Positions 28,768 through 37,699 of a stretch of 64,000 nucleotides of DNA are shown here, piece by piece (positions within the stretch are counted from its first letter, which is position 1; each line of letters opens with the position of its first letter). The notes under the pieces are model-generated. The model was not told the origin of the DNA. It saw nothing but the letters and a program-made list of their open reading frames with translations, and made no database searches. The DNA comes from an uncultured bacterium. GTDB taxonomy: Bacteria; Armatimonadota; UBA5829. The DNA is taken from NCBI GenBank assembly GCA_938074205.1, contig CALJES010000001.1, forward strand, positions 36,268-100,267, written 5' to 3'. The position numbers were made by a program, and so were the translations under genes.

Positions 28768-30231
28768 TCACCGCGATACCTGGGCTGAGCTCTCGAGCTC
28801 GCTTTCTTTGATCGCCGCCCAATAATACTCTCGGTTTTTGATACAACCTGGGTCGGGGGCTGTAAAATCGCCAAAATAGGCGTAAGCTCTTGCCCGGCAT
28901 CCACCACACACTGCTGAATACTCACAAATGCCACAGTGGCCTTTTAAGCCTTTGTGGTCAGCAAGAGACTTTAGTAGCTCGTTTTGTTTCCACACATCTG
29001 CAATACTATCACGAGTAATATGACCGATGTTCACATCTGGCATGTACACGCAAGGTGTAATTCTGCCGTCAGGTTGCAGTGCCAAATAAGCCCTACCGAC
29101 TCCACAACCGCCGATAATTTCAGCGAGCACACTAAGGTGTTGAGCGCGGCCTGGTCCCGTGTGGGCTAGCGGCATATACTCTGGGTGACCCTGCTCACAA
29201 CACATTCTTCCGAGTTGCGGAGCAGTTGAGCACAGCGACCCGCCAGACGCCGCGTAATCATACATCATCTGAAGAGCTTCTTCACGCTGCTCAGGCGTCA
29301 GGTCTAACGCAATGTTCCGGTGTCCTCTGCCTGTGGGAATGAAGTTGTACACCATAACCTTGTCGACGCCCAGTTCGCTAGCGAGAGCAAACACTTGTGG
29401 AAGCAATTGGTAATTCTGTCTAGTCACTGTGAAAGATAGCACGGTGGAAACCGACGTGCTGCTTAGCCTTTTGATTCCCTCGACAGTCCTTTGCCACGAC
29501 CCACTGACCCCGCGGAACTCATCGTGGATCTCGCTTGTTGGTGCGTCCAAGCTTATCCCCGCATAGGCAAACTCGAGATCGGCGAGCCTAGCCGCTACTT
29601 CATCAGTGATCAACGTACCGTTTGTGTTGAGCGACAAATAGATTCCCCGAGATCGAGCTGCCTCTGCAACTTTCCAGAAGTGCGGGTCCATTAACGGCTC
29701 ACCGCCAGAAAATGAGAGCGTGGGCACCATGCTGTTGGCGATTTGCTCTACGACTTCAAGCTTTTGCTCCAAAGTAAGCTCGCCGAGGTGTTGCCCACTA
29801 CGAAGCGGCCCGGCATCTTGATAGCAGTGACGACATCTTAGGTTGCATCGCCATGTGAGGTTCCAGACCACCATAAGCGGCGCATAGAACCGCTGCGGTG
29901 TTTGGACTCCATAGTCCCTGATTGTCAACAACACGTTTGTTATAGTGCGCCTTATGTCGGTGTGCCTTAACGCCTCCTTGAACCTCTCAGGCTGAATTCC
30001 TAGTCCCTCGCGCAAAGCGTCCAGAACGCGGCAGGCTGCTTGGAAGCTAATCCAGGAAAGTGCTGCAGGTTTTTGAGGATAGCAGTCAAGCAGGTGTTGA
30101 ACTTTGAAAACCCCGTCGCTGGTTTCCAAAAGTTCATTTATCACGCTCTTCGAAATGGGGTTTTCCAACAACCAACGCAGCTTGATCAGGTTGAGAGCTT
30201 CCTTGCCCTTCTTGAGAACTAAGAGCCCCAT
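28768..30231 (-). CDS. radical SAM/SPASM-domain enzyme (AhbD/NirJ-like core) with ~110-aa N-terminal extension
   Basis: CNLRCRHCY radical SAM cluster, GGEPL, FIPTGRG. SPASM Cys motifs GGCGVG...PC... and CGICEYSAVCGGCRARAY. Start uncertain (ATG 30231 or GTG 30144); either overlaps the upstream gene end at 30134. Confidence 0.8.
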   Translation of the reverse strand: MGLLVLKKGKEALNLIKLRWLLENPISKSVINELLETSDGVFKVQHLLDCYPQKPAALSWISFQAACRVLDALREGLGIQPERFKEALRHTDIRRTITNVLLTIRDYGVQTPQRFYAPLMVVWNLTWRCNLRCRHCYQDAGPLRSGQHLGELTLEQKLEVVEQIANSMVPTLSFSGGEPLMDPHFWKVAEAARSRGIYLSLNTNGTLITDEVAARLADLEFAYAGISLDAPTSEIHDEFRGVSGSWQRTVEGIKRLSSTSVSTVLSFTVTRQNYQLLPQVFALASELGVDKVMVYNFIPTGRGHRNIALDLTPEQREEALQMMYDYAASGGSLCSTAPQLGRMCCEQGHPEYMPLAHTGPGRAQHLSVLAEIIGGCGVGRAYLALQPDGRITPCVYMPDVNIGHITRDSIADVWKQNELLKSLADHKGLKGHCGICEYSAVCGGCRARAYAYFGDFTAPDPGCIKNREYYWAAIKESELESSAQVSR

Positions 30232-31579
30232 GCAAATCACCTCCAAAACTTTCATCTGCCGTCAACGTGGCGGGTTCAATGTCGATGGTCCCATTCTCTG
30301 ATTTATCGAGCCATTGCCCGACACGGCTTCGGTATGCGAGGTTCGTAAACCACACAAACGGACGTGATGCCAACCTGCAGCCCAACCTGCGGATTATCGA
30401 ACCGTATGAGTAAATGCGCCCATAAGCCCACTTAAAACCTTCAAGAAGTTTTTCGGGACTTAGCTTTGCGGGCTTGTATACTACGTGGGAGCCATCATAC
30501 AGGCTCCAGCGTGTCTCTACAATCCTACCTTGGTTGTAGAGTTCTCTATACAACCTAGTCCCTGGGAATGGAGTCAGTATAGAAAGCTGTGCAACATCAA
30601 CGCCAGCATTTTCGACGAACTCTACAGTCTTCTCAAACACATCTTCGCCGTCGTCGTCAAAACCAAACACGAAAGAGGCAACAACAGCGATACCTAATTC
30701 GTGGAGCATCTCAATTGCCCGCTCGTACTCCTGCCTACGGTTCATCTTCTTACCCATTCGCGCCAGGGTTTCATCGGATAGTGTTTCCATTCCCACAAAG
30801 AGACCAACGCAACCAGAGTCCGAAGCCATCCTAATTATGTCGGGGTTCTTGAGCATGGTAAGAGAAGCCTGGCCCACCCACCGTTTTCCAAGGGGGCGGA
30901 GTGCGGTAAATAGACTCCTCGCATATCCCGTATGCCCAATAATGTTGTCGTCAACAAATAGTACAAACCTGCCAGGCAAGTTCTTGATCTCTTCCACAAC
31001 CAAATCGATAGGACGCACCCTATAAGTGCCTCCAAAGAATGATGTAACAGAGCAGAACGCACAGTTATATGGACAACCACGGGTAGTTTGTATCGTATTT
31101 GCAAGTAAATAGTTTCGAGGATTGATAAGATTGCGCCTAGGAATTGGGATACTGGAAGGGTCTGGCCTAGTATTGCCCGTGTAGAACTTGCGCAGTTCAC
31201 CTCGGCGAAAGTCACTTATAACTGACTCCCACTTGCCCTCAGCTTCACCTATGACTACGGCATCAGCGTGGGCAGCTGCTTCATGGGGAAGAGCAGTTGC
31301 ATGAACTCCACCTATCACGATCGTTTTTCCGTGCTCACGAAAACTATCCGCTATTTCGTAAGCGCGGTCTGCGGCAGCAGTGGTCGCTGTTATCCCCACA
31401 AGGTCACCTGCAGACTCGAAGTCTATGTTTTGGCAAGATTCATCTACGATTTCGACCTCGACGTCTGCTGGGGTGAGAGCGGCGACGGTCATAAGTGAAA
31501 GCGGCGGGAACAAGGGCTTTGAGCTCTTGGAGCGTGAATCTTTTTCCCCGGCGCAGGGAACAATTAAAGTCACCTTCAT
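30134..31579 (-). CDS. B12-binding-domain radical SAM protein (class B)
   Basis: N-terminal cobalamin-binding Rossmann-like region (DLVGITATTAAADRAYEIA, VIGGVHATA). RGCPYNCAFCSV cluster motif. ATG 31579 lies behind GGGTGGGG. Confidence 0.85.
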   Translation of the reverse strand: MKVTLIVPCAGEKDSRSKSSKPLFPPLSLMTVAALTPADVEVEIVDESCQNIDFESAGDLVGITATTAAADRAYEIADSFREHGKTIVIGGVHATALPHEAAAHADAVVIGEAEGKWESVISDFRRGELRKFYTGNTRPDPSSIPIPRRNLINPRNYLLANTIQTTRGCPYNCAFCSVTSFFGGTYRVRPIDLVVEEIKNLPGRFVLFVDDNIIGHTGYARSLFTALRPLGKRWVGQASLTMLKNPDIIRMASDSGCVGLFVGMETLSDETLARMGKKMNRRQEYERAIEMLHELGIAVVASFVFGFDDDGEDVFEKTVEFVENAGVDVAQLSILTPFPGTRLYRELYNQGRIVETRWSLYDGSHVVYKPAKLSPEKLLEGFKWAYGRIYSYGSIIRRLGCRLASRPFVWFTNLAYRSRVGQWLDKSENGTIDIEPATLTADESFGGDLHGALSSQEGQGSSQPDQAALVVGKPHFEERDK

Positions 31580-31859
31580 AAGCACCCCACCCTAGCTCAT
31601 TCTAACCGACCAGCTGCCACCTCAGCACATTGGACCTAGTTACGATGCCAACGTAAAACAAGGAACCAGTTGTCACAGCTACGACATTCACTGAAACCTG
31701 AGTAATCTCTACATCTTACCACCCGAACTCCTCGTCAGCAGCCACCTCATTCCCAACTCGATCTCATTGAATCGATGCTGAAAAAAGCTCCCTCCCGAGC
31801 CGGATGATCATTATATGGCTCAGAAGCCTTAATCGGCGTATTACGTTACTACACGCTAG

Positions 31860-32117
31860 TTATTCACCACCGCAGCAACAGCTAGATCTTGAATCTTGTC
31901 TTGCTTGCGGAGAAGCCAAACGCTCGTCTGTATACTTATCCATGTTTTCGTCGCCTGCCTTGCGCACCATCCTGGCAATGTTAACAGCATTACGAATTTC
32001 AGAATCGGTAGCACCCGCTTTACGTGCCTCCTCCAAATGATAATCCAGGCAAGGCTGACATTTTGCCACTACCGAAGCGGCTATTGCAATCAGCTCAGTT
32101 GTTTTCGGGTCTAGCAT
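31860..32117 (-). CDS. carboxymuconolactone decarboxylase/AhpD-like protein with C-terminal CCCGGE tail
   Basis: AhpD-type CxxC-H (KCQPCLDYH). A ~20-aa polar tail ends in SSCCCGGE. Confidence 0.75.
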   Translation of the reverse strand: MLDPKTTELIAIAASVVAKCQPCLDYHLEEARKAGATDSEIRNAVNIARMVRKAGDENMDKYTDERLASPQARQDSRSSCCCGGE

Positions 32118-32134
32118 TATTTTCCTCCTTCTTG

Positions 32135-32506
32135 CTAAGTTATTGCACCCTGCATACTATCGACTGCTCGCTTAATCTCTTGAAATACCTCTTCGGTGTC
32201 CCGCAGCCCCATTCGTATGGGTATCCAATGGTTCTCGTCCATCGGAACACCAGCTCTACTGAAACCGTTAGCGAGAAGTTTCATTTGCTTCTTCTCATCA
32301 CAAGCAGGTGTGATATAAACAGCATCCGGTTTCAACAGATCGGCCATCAGTGCTTCGCCATTCTCTTCGCATAGCCTCGGATGCATCACTAAGTAACTAT
32401 GTGGAAGCTCAAGCCGGATGCGCTCAGCTAACTCCCAGAAATCTATTTTCGCCATGCTTGGACAAACGCCGCTGCACGTACACATCAGAATAACAACCTT
32501 TTTCAT
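32135..32506 (-). CDS. small Cys-rich protein of unknown function (N-terminal MCTCSGVC; loosely HdrA/MvhD-like)
   Basis: 123-aa ORF, 42 nt after acr3 and 17 nt before the CMD gene. It has 6 Cys in total: MCTCSGVC (3), RLCEE, TPAC and one other. Confidence 0.55.
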   Translation of the reverse strand: MKKVVILMCTCSGVCPSMAKIDFWELAERIRLELPHSYLVMHPRLCEENGEALMADLLKPDAVYITPACDEKKQMKLLANGFSRAGVPMDENHWIPIRMGLRDTEEVFQEIKRAVDSMQGAIT

Positions 32507-32548
32507 ACAATTTCCTCCATCTAAGTTTTAACACTGAGTATATGCTGT

Positions 32549-33616
32549 TCAAACTTGCGCGCTGAGACGGTCCGGTGAAAAGTACGTTCGCCGGAAATAC
32601 AAAGCTACATTTACCAAACTGATCAATACAGGCACTTCTACCAAAGGACCGATCACCGCAGCAAACGCCTGCCCCGAATCTATTCCAAATACAGCAACTG
32701 CCACCGCTATAGCGAGCTCGAAGTTGTTGCTCGCAGCTGTAAACGAAAGCGTAGTAGATTTTTGATAACCAGCACCTACCTTGGCACTCATGTAGAAGCT
32801 TACAAGGAACATTACCACAAAGTAAATGAGCAAAGGCACAGCTACCCTTACTACATCTAAAGGCAGACGCACTATGTAATCGCCTTTCAAAGAGAACATC
32901 ACTACTATTGTAAACAACAAAGCTACCAATGTGATCGGGCTTATGCGAGGAATGAAGCGTCTTTCGTACCAGTCTCGGCCCTTCGTTTTCAGTCCAACTA
33001 CACGGCTCAATATTCCAGCGATAAACGGCACCCCAAGATATATGAAAACGCTTTTCGCTATTTCGCCAATAGTTACCTCAACCACACTCCCCTTAAGACC
33101 GAAAAGCGGGGGCAGTTTGGTAACGAACACGTAGGCGTACAACGAGTAAAACAGCACTTGGAATATCGAATTAAACGCTACAAGGCCGGCTGCATACTCT
33201 CTGTCACCGTCAGCAAGGTCGTTCCAAACGATTACCATTGCTATGCATCTGGCAAGTCCTATCATAATGAGGCCGACCATAAGCTCAGTATATGTTCTTA
33301 GGAAGAGAATTGCCAGCAAAAACATTAGGATAGGCCCGACAATCCAGTTCTGAAACAGCGATAATGCCAGGACTCGCCAGTCACGAAAAACGTCGCCAAG
33401 CTCTTCGTATCGCACCTTCGCAAGAGGCGGATACATCATAAGTATTAGGCCGACCGCTATTGGAATATTCGTAGTGCCTATGGAAAAACGGTTCCAAAAG
33501 TCGGCTATAGTGGGCACCGCGTAGCCAGCTATTACCCCAGCTGCCATAGAAAGGAATATCCAAAGAGTAAGGTAACGATCGAGGAATGAAAGCCTTTTTG
33601 CAACTGCATCAGTCAT
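32549..33616 (-). CDS. acr3: ACR3-family arsenite efflux transporter
   Basis: [13 protein letters not shown] start and ten TM spans. The start overlaps the arsC stop by 8 nt. Confidence 0.9.
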   Translation of the reverse strand: MTDAVAKRLSFLDRYLTLWIFLSMAAGVIAGYAVPTIADFWNRFSIGTTNIPIAVGLILMMYPPLAKVRYEELGDVFRDWRVLALSLFQNWIVGPILMFLLAILFLRTYTELMVGLIMIGLARCIAMVIVWNDLADGDREYAAGLVAFNSIFQVLFYSLYAYVFVTKLPPLFGLKGSVVEVTIGEIAKSVFIYLGVPFIAGILSRVVGLKTKGRDWYERRFIPRISPITLVALLFTIVVMFSLKGDYIVRLPLDVVRVAVPLLIYFVVMFLVSFYMSAKVGAGYQKSTTLSFTAASNNFELAIAVAVAVFGIDSGQAFAAVIGPLVEVPVLISLVNVALYFRRTYFSPDRLSAQV

Positions 33617-34040
33617 CTTTTCTGCAACCCCCAGTTATTTCCGCTATCAGATTTTCGACTTTGCTTTTGATCTCATCTCGAATCAGGCGCACTTTCTCTA
33701 TAGGTTGTCCTTTAGGATCCTCCAAACCCCAGTCCTCAGTTGGGATGAGCGATGCCGGACACAATCCTTCGGTATCAACGCCGCATCCCATCGTGACAAT
33801 CCGATCTGCCGACTCAACCATCTCAAGAGTAAGAAGTTTCGGATAGTGGCCAGACATATCATAGCCGATCTCTCTCATTGCCTCGACCACGGTAGGATTT
33901 AAATCTTCGGCCGGTAGTGTGCCGGCTGATTGCGCTTCGATTTTACCCGCACCAAGTCTTTTGGCAAACGCTTCAGCCATTTGACTACGGCCTGAATTGT
34001 GCACGCAAACGAAAATCACTTTCTTTGTCTTTTTCGCCAT
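33609..34040 (-). CDS. arsC: arsenate reductase, thioredoxin-coupled LMW-PTP type
   Basis: P-loop [12 protein letters not shown] (CX5R) plus the downstream Cys pair in [12 protein letters not shown]. Confidence 0.9.
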   Translation of the reverse strand: MAKKTKKVIFVCVHNSGRSQMAEAFAKRLGAGKIEAQSAGTLPAEDLNPTVVEAMREIGYDMSGHYPKLLTLEMVESADRIVTMGCGVDTEGLCPASLIPTEDWGLEDPKGQPIEKVRLIRDEIKSKVENLIAEITGGCRKDD

Positions 34041-34049
34041 TGCAAAACC

Positions 34050-35090
34050 TCACAAAAATCTCTGATACTGCACCATAAGAGTGTCATCGTCTAGCTCTGT
34101 AGATTTTTCTCGCTTGAAAACGTAGTTGACCTGCAACTTTTCAAAATCACCCCTAATGTGCCAGTTCAAACCTACTGTTGACCAGGCAATATCTTTGGAA
34201 TCAATGACGAAACGGTTTGGATCGAACACCTCGTATCGTGCCGCGAGAGCAACTCGCCTCGATACAAACCCTGAATACTGCACGTAGTACCCTTCCGCGC
34301 TAAGATCGGGAATACCCGCATCGCCTCCCAAGTAGCGTGCGCGAAGATACTCGGCCCGCATTGACCAAAACTCAGTTTCCAAAGCTGCCGCAAGATCTGA
34401 TCGCGCGTCGCGCCCTCGAAAACGCCGATACGCAATCGGCGCTCCTGGAAGCTGAGCTGTAAAATCCATGTTGCGGTCGTATCTAAATGCTGCGGCGAGC
34501 TCCGTATGAAACAGCAATCCAGGTGCCACGTACTTTTCGTAAATCGTTCGACCAGCCAACAGGGGGCCATTTCCAGCGAAACTTTGGTTCGCACCGTTAC
34601 CGTCAAACAATCCCAAAGCAACACCTACCGAACCTAGAGTTGTATCCCACTGGATGCCGCGACCGCGTGCAAAAGAATTGCCCACACTGCCAAACGGAAT
34701 CAGCCTATCAGTGGACTGCGCCCTATCTATCACAGCCAGTTTCCAATCTGGCGTAAATCGCTCCATGCCGAAAGGAGGTTTAAACTGGCCGAGCGTGATA
34801 CGTGTACGCCCCAACGACCTTGTCAAACTGAACTCTTGAATAGTAAAGCCATCCGTAGCGCTTCGATTGTTGGTCTTGTAAAGCAGTTGGACATAGTATT
34901 GCCAGTCTCGAGCAAATACTCCCTGACCATATAGTTTCAGCCTTCTTAGCCCAAGATACCCCTTCAGGTCTTCAGCATTCGTGTAACGAAGTTGAAAGTA
35001 GCTTACCCACTTGTTCCCCGCTGGCCAAACAGCCTGCTGACACGCTGTCAGTAAGGCTAAACACAACATGGAATACAATGGCAGGTTCAC
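34050..35090 (-). CDS. outer-membrane beta-barrel porin, phosphate-selective OprO/OprP-like
   Basis: Signal peptide LCLALLTACQQA, GQFKPPFGMERF block, alternating beta-strand pattern, C-terminal aromatic residue (QRFL). GTG 35090 overlaps the cytochrome TGA (GTGA). Confidence 0.6.
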   Translation of the reverse strand: MNLPLYSMLCLALLTACQQAVWPAGNKWVSYFQLRYTNAEDLKGYLGLRRLKLYGQGVFARDWQYYVQLLYKTNNRSATDGFTIQEFSLTRSLGRTRITLGQFKPPFGMERFTPDWKLAVIDRAQSTDRLIPFGSVGNSFARGRGIQWDTTLGSVGVALGLFDGNGANQSFAGNGPLLAGRTIYEKYVAPGLLFHTELAAAFRYDRNMDFTAQLPGAPIAYRRFRGRDARSDLAAALETEFWSMRAEYLRARYLGGDAGIPDLSAEGYYVQYSGFVSRRVALAARYEVFDPNRFVIDSKDIAWSTVGLNWHIRGDFEKLQVNYVFKREKSTELDDDTLMVQYQRFL

Positions 35091-36820
35091 TTTTGCGCCT
35101 CCACGACACTGCGCTTTAAGCCAACGTGCTGCCACATCGGCACTGTAATCGGGCGTCCGTAAGCATCAAAAGGATCTAAGATAACAGGTGAATTGAAGAA
35201 AGGAGAATCAACGGTGTGGCAATCTTTACAACCACCTGCCCCTAGCGCTTTGCTTGCCGGCGAGACGTTGTGGCTGAATGTCCACCTCAAAGGCTGAGCT
35301 TGAGGATGGTATCGAATTGAGATTAGCCTATCCCCACTCAACTGCCAAACTCGGTTGCCTTTCACATAAACCGGCGATATATGGGCAAAGCGACCACCGG
35401 CCAAAACCTCACGAATAGCCCGAAGCATTGCAGTTATCTCGATTTCGGTGTTGGCTTCGGGTTTGCCGTCACCGTTATCATCGTTGATAGCATCCTTGAC
35501 CTTCTCATAGGCTTTCGCGGTTTCTGAGAGGAACAGCGGATGAACGATCCCTCCTATCCGATTTCCCCACCATACGGGAAGGAGAGCATTTCCGGAATAG
35601 ATTTTGCCGTCCCTAAGCCTAAAATAGGCCGGAGTCCACTTTCCGGTCTCACCGTACTTCTTAGCTCCTTTTACCGTAGGAAGACCGGCTGCAACACCAG
35701 TAGTAGTATCAACGGTACCTACAGCGGCGACATTATGCTCGGTCACGTGACAGGTGACGCAGGCAATCCTGGCCAGATGAGATTTTGGAATAGACTTGTG
35801 AGTCGGCCGAGACTTGGAACCAGCACCCATGTGGCATCCCTCGCAGGAAAGAGTTGGGTCGTCGAGCTCATTGTGAAGCATTACGTCGTTGGAACGACCT
35901 TTGCGAATTTGGTGGTCGGGACCTGCCGTATGGCAAGTTATACACTGCATTCCCGCCGAGGTATGTACGTCGGTCTGCCGGTTGTCATACCAGACGTGAC
36001 CACGCTTCTTTACCTCTGCTTCACCATGACAAAGAAGGCAATTTGAATCTCCAGGACGACCAATCTTGAGGCTAATAGTATTATCCTTGTTAAAGAGCCA
36101 CTTCTTATAGAGGACCTTCGGAGAATCTCCGTTCTTGACCGATCCTTCGACTATCCCCAACCCTGCACCCGCAGTGGCAGACCACTTAAAGTTCGCTTTT
36201 GAAAGCTGATCGCGCCGAGCTTCTCCATCATATCCCGAAAGATGGCACATCAAGCAATCTATCTCAACGACTCCGGATTTGTGCCAAGCCGCCCTGTGGT
36301 AGTCGCCATCAAGACTGTTAGCCAGTTCAGGATGTTTTGCCTGTCTGATATCGTATCGCAGGCCATCACGATCTCGCTCCATCGGCCCTCCGCCCACGTG
36401 ACAGAACCCACAAGCCTGCGAGTATTCATAAGGTGTCATAGCAACATGCTGGGCAGAAGGATTCCTTTTCTTTGCAACCCACAGGTAGGACATATGTATC
36501 TGTCGGCCAAACATCCCATCTGAAGATGCCCAAGGTCTGCCTATCTTGAGACCGTAGTCATCAGATATTCTGTCTGCTCCTAGCTGGACGTGGTAACTCT
36601 TCGATATCAAATCGTAGTCGTGACACGAACCACATGTTTGCTTGGGACTATAGGGCTGAGGATTAGAGGAGTTGGGGTCGATCGGTTTTCCTTCACAGTC
36701 AAGCAGTTCAATCGCAGGATGTGACGAGTAGTTCGCCGAACCATAGCCAATAGTCACCCAAATAACGGCGGCCACAATTGGCAACCACAGCACGCTCAGA
36801 AGTGGAAAACCTTTATCCAT
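35087..36820 (-). CDS. membrane-anchored octaheme c-type cytochrome
   Basis: Eight CxxCH motifs (CGSCH, CGFCH, CLMCH, CLLCH, CITCH, CEGCH, CVTCH, CKDCH). N-terminal anchor FPLLSVLWLPIVAAVIWV. ATG 36820 lies behind GGGAGGTG. Confidence 0.85.
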   Translation of the reverse strand: MDKGFPLLSVLWLPIVAAVIWVTIGYGSANYSSHPAIELLDCEGKPIDPNSSNPQPYSPKQTCGSCHDYDLISKSYHVQLGADRISDDYGLKIGRPWASSDGMFGRQIHMSYLWVAKKRNPSAQHVAMTPYEYSQACGFCHVGGGPMERDRDGLRYDIRQAKHPELANSLDGDYHRAAWHKSGVVEIDCLMCHLSGYDGEARRDQLSKANFKWSATAGAGLGIVEGSVKNGDSPKVLYKKWLFNKDNTISLKIGRPGDSNCLLCHGEAEVKKRGHVWYDNRQTDVHTSAGMQCITCHTAGPDHQIRKGRSNDVMLHNELDDPTLSCEGCHMGAGSKSRPTHKSIPKSHLARIACVTCHVTEHNVAAVGTVDTTTGVAAGLPTVKGAKKYGETGKWTPAYFRLRDGKIYSGNALLPVWWGNRIGGIVHPLFLSETAKAYEKVKDAINDDNGDGKPEANTEIEITAMLRAIREVLAGGRFAHISPVYVKGNRVWQLSGDRLISIRYHPQAQPLRWTFSHNVSPASKALGAGGCKDCHTVDSPFFNSPVILDPFDAYGRPITVPMWQHVGLKRSVVEAQK

Positions 36821-37083
36821 CTGGACACCTCCCGTTACCCCTCTATTCAAGCTGTTTTCCTAGTACTTCGCAAAATCGCATTGACACTCACACAACTTCA
36901 AGACATTGGAACATCTTGCTAGAAAACTGAGCTATCTTGGCACAGACCGCGCCGACGGAATAATTCCTCATCCCCTCACACAAGCACCACCGGGGCTGTG
37001 CTGTGAAGTATGCTCGAAATACACATATGTCCGATAAGCAACGCAAAAATGCAAGCCAGACTAGAATGTTTCGCCGGACTCAT

Positions 37084-37662
37084 CTACCTCGCTTTCGATG
37101 GCTTGTCGAGATCTATTCCCTGATCCCTGAACTTACGCAAGATGTCCTGTTTGGAATAGAATCCCTCGTGCCTAAAGAACTCCTCGCCCTTTTCATCAAA
37201 GAAGATCTGCGTGGGGATTACTCTTATACCATACTTGCGTGCAGCATCTGGATTTTCCCATACGTCTATGAACTCCACCTTGAGTTTGCCTTTGTACTCC
37301 CGCGCCAGCTCCTCAAGAATGGGAGCCATCATCTTACACGGGATACACTTAGTTGCCCCAAGATCCAGCAGCCGCGGCAGCTGCTTTGTCACCGACTTCG
37401 TCGGCTGTTTGGTAGGACTACTCTTATGAGCTGTGCTCTTGCTCTCTGTTGTTTTCTTTCTAGGAGCCGACTTCGACTGCTGCTTGGACTCCTTCGTTTT
37501 GGGCGAGCTTTTCTCCGACGAAGGCTTTGCCTTCGCCCTGCTTTGACTGGCAGTCTTCGTCTTAGTGCTGCCTGTAGTTGACTGCACCGAAGGTGCTTGA
37601 CACCAGGTGAACAAGAAAACGGCGACCACCGCTGCAATAAATATGCGGAGCTGCCTAGACAT
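37084..37662 (-). CDS. exported thioredoxin-fold protein with long Lys/Ser/Thr-rich linker
   Basis: N-terminal anchor IFIAAVVAVFLFTW, ~80-aa low-complexity K/S/T region, then a Trx fold with CIPC (GATKCIPCKMMAPILEEL...VIPTQIFF). Confidence 0.8.
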   Translation of the reverse strand: MSRQLRIFIAAVVAVFLFTWCQAPSVQSTTGSTKTKTASQSRAKAKPSSEKSSPKTKESKQQSKSAPRKKTTESKSTAHKSSPTKQPTKSVTKQLPRLLDLGATKCIPCKMMAPILEELAREYKGKLKVEFIDVWENPDAARKYGIRVIPTQIFFDEKGEEFFRHEGFYSKQDILRKFRDQGIDLDKPSKAR

Positions 37663-37699
37663 TTTTACCTCCTCGAAGCATACAAAGTGCTATTGCTTT

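Noticed and set aside
31602-31691. 29-codon GTG ORF (NVVAVTTGSLFYVGIVTRSNVLRWQLVG) just upstream of the radical SAM pair, considered as a RiPP precursor
   Set aside because: It has no Shine-Dalgarno sequence, a non-ATG start, no Cys/Ser/Thr-rich core or leader-like features, and nothing to show conservation. It is kept only as something to test by comparative alignment.
35540-36046. 168-aa plus-strand ORF
   Set aside because: It is antisense to the octaheme cytochrome gene, which has eight in-frame CxxCH motifs.
37003-37581. 192-aa plus-strand ORF
   Set aside because: It is antisense to the exported thioredoxin gene, whose Trx fold and CIPC motif are clear. The ORF is kept open by the low-complexity K/S/T codons on the other strand.
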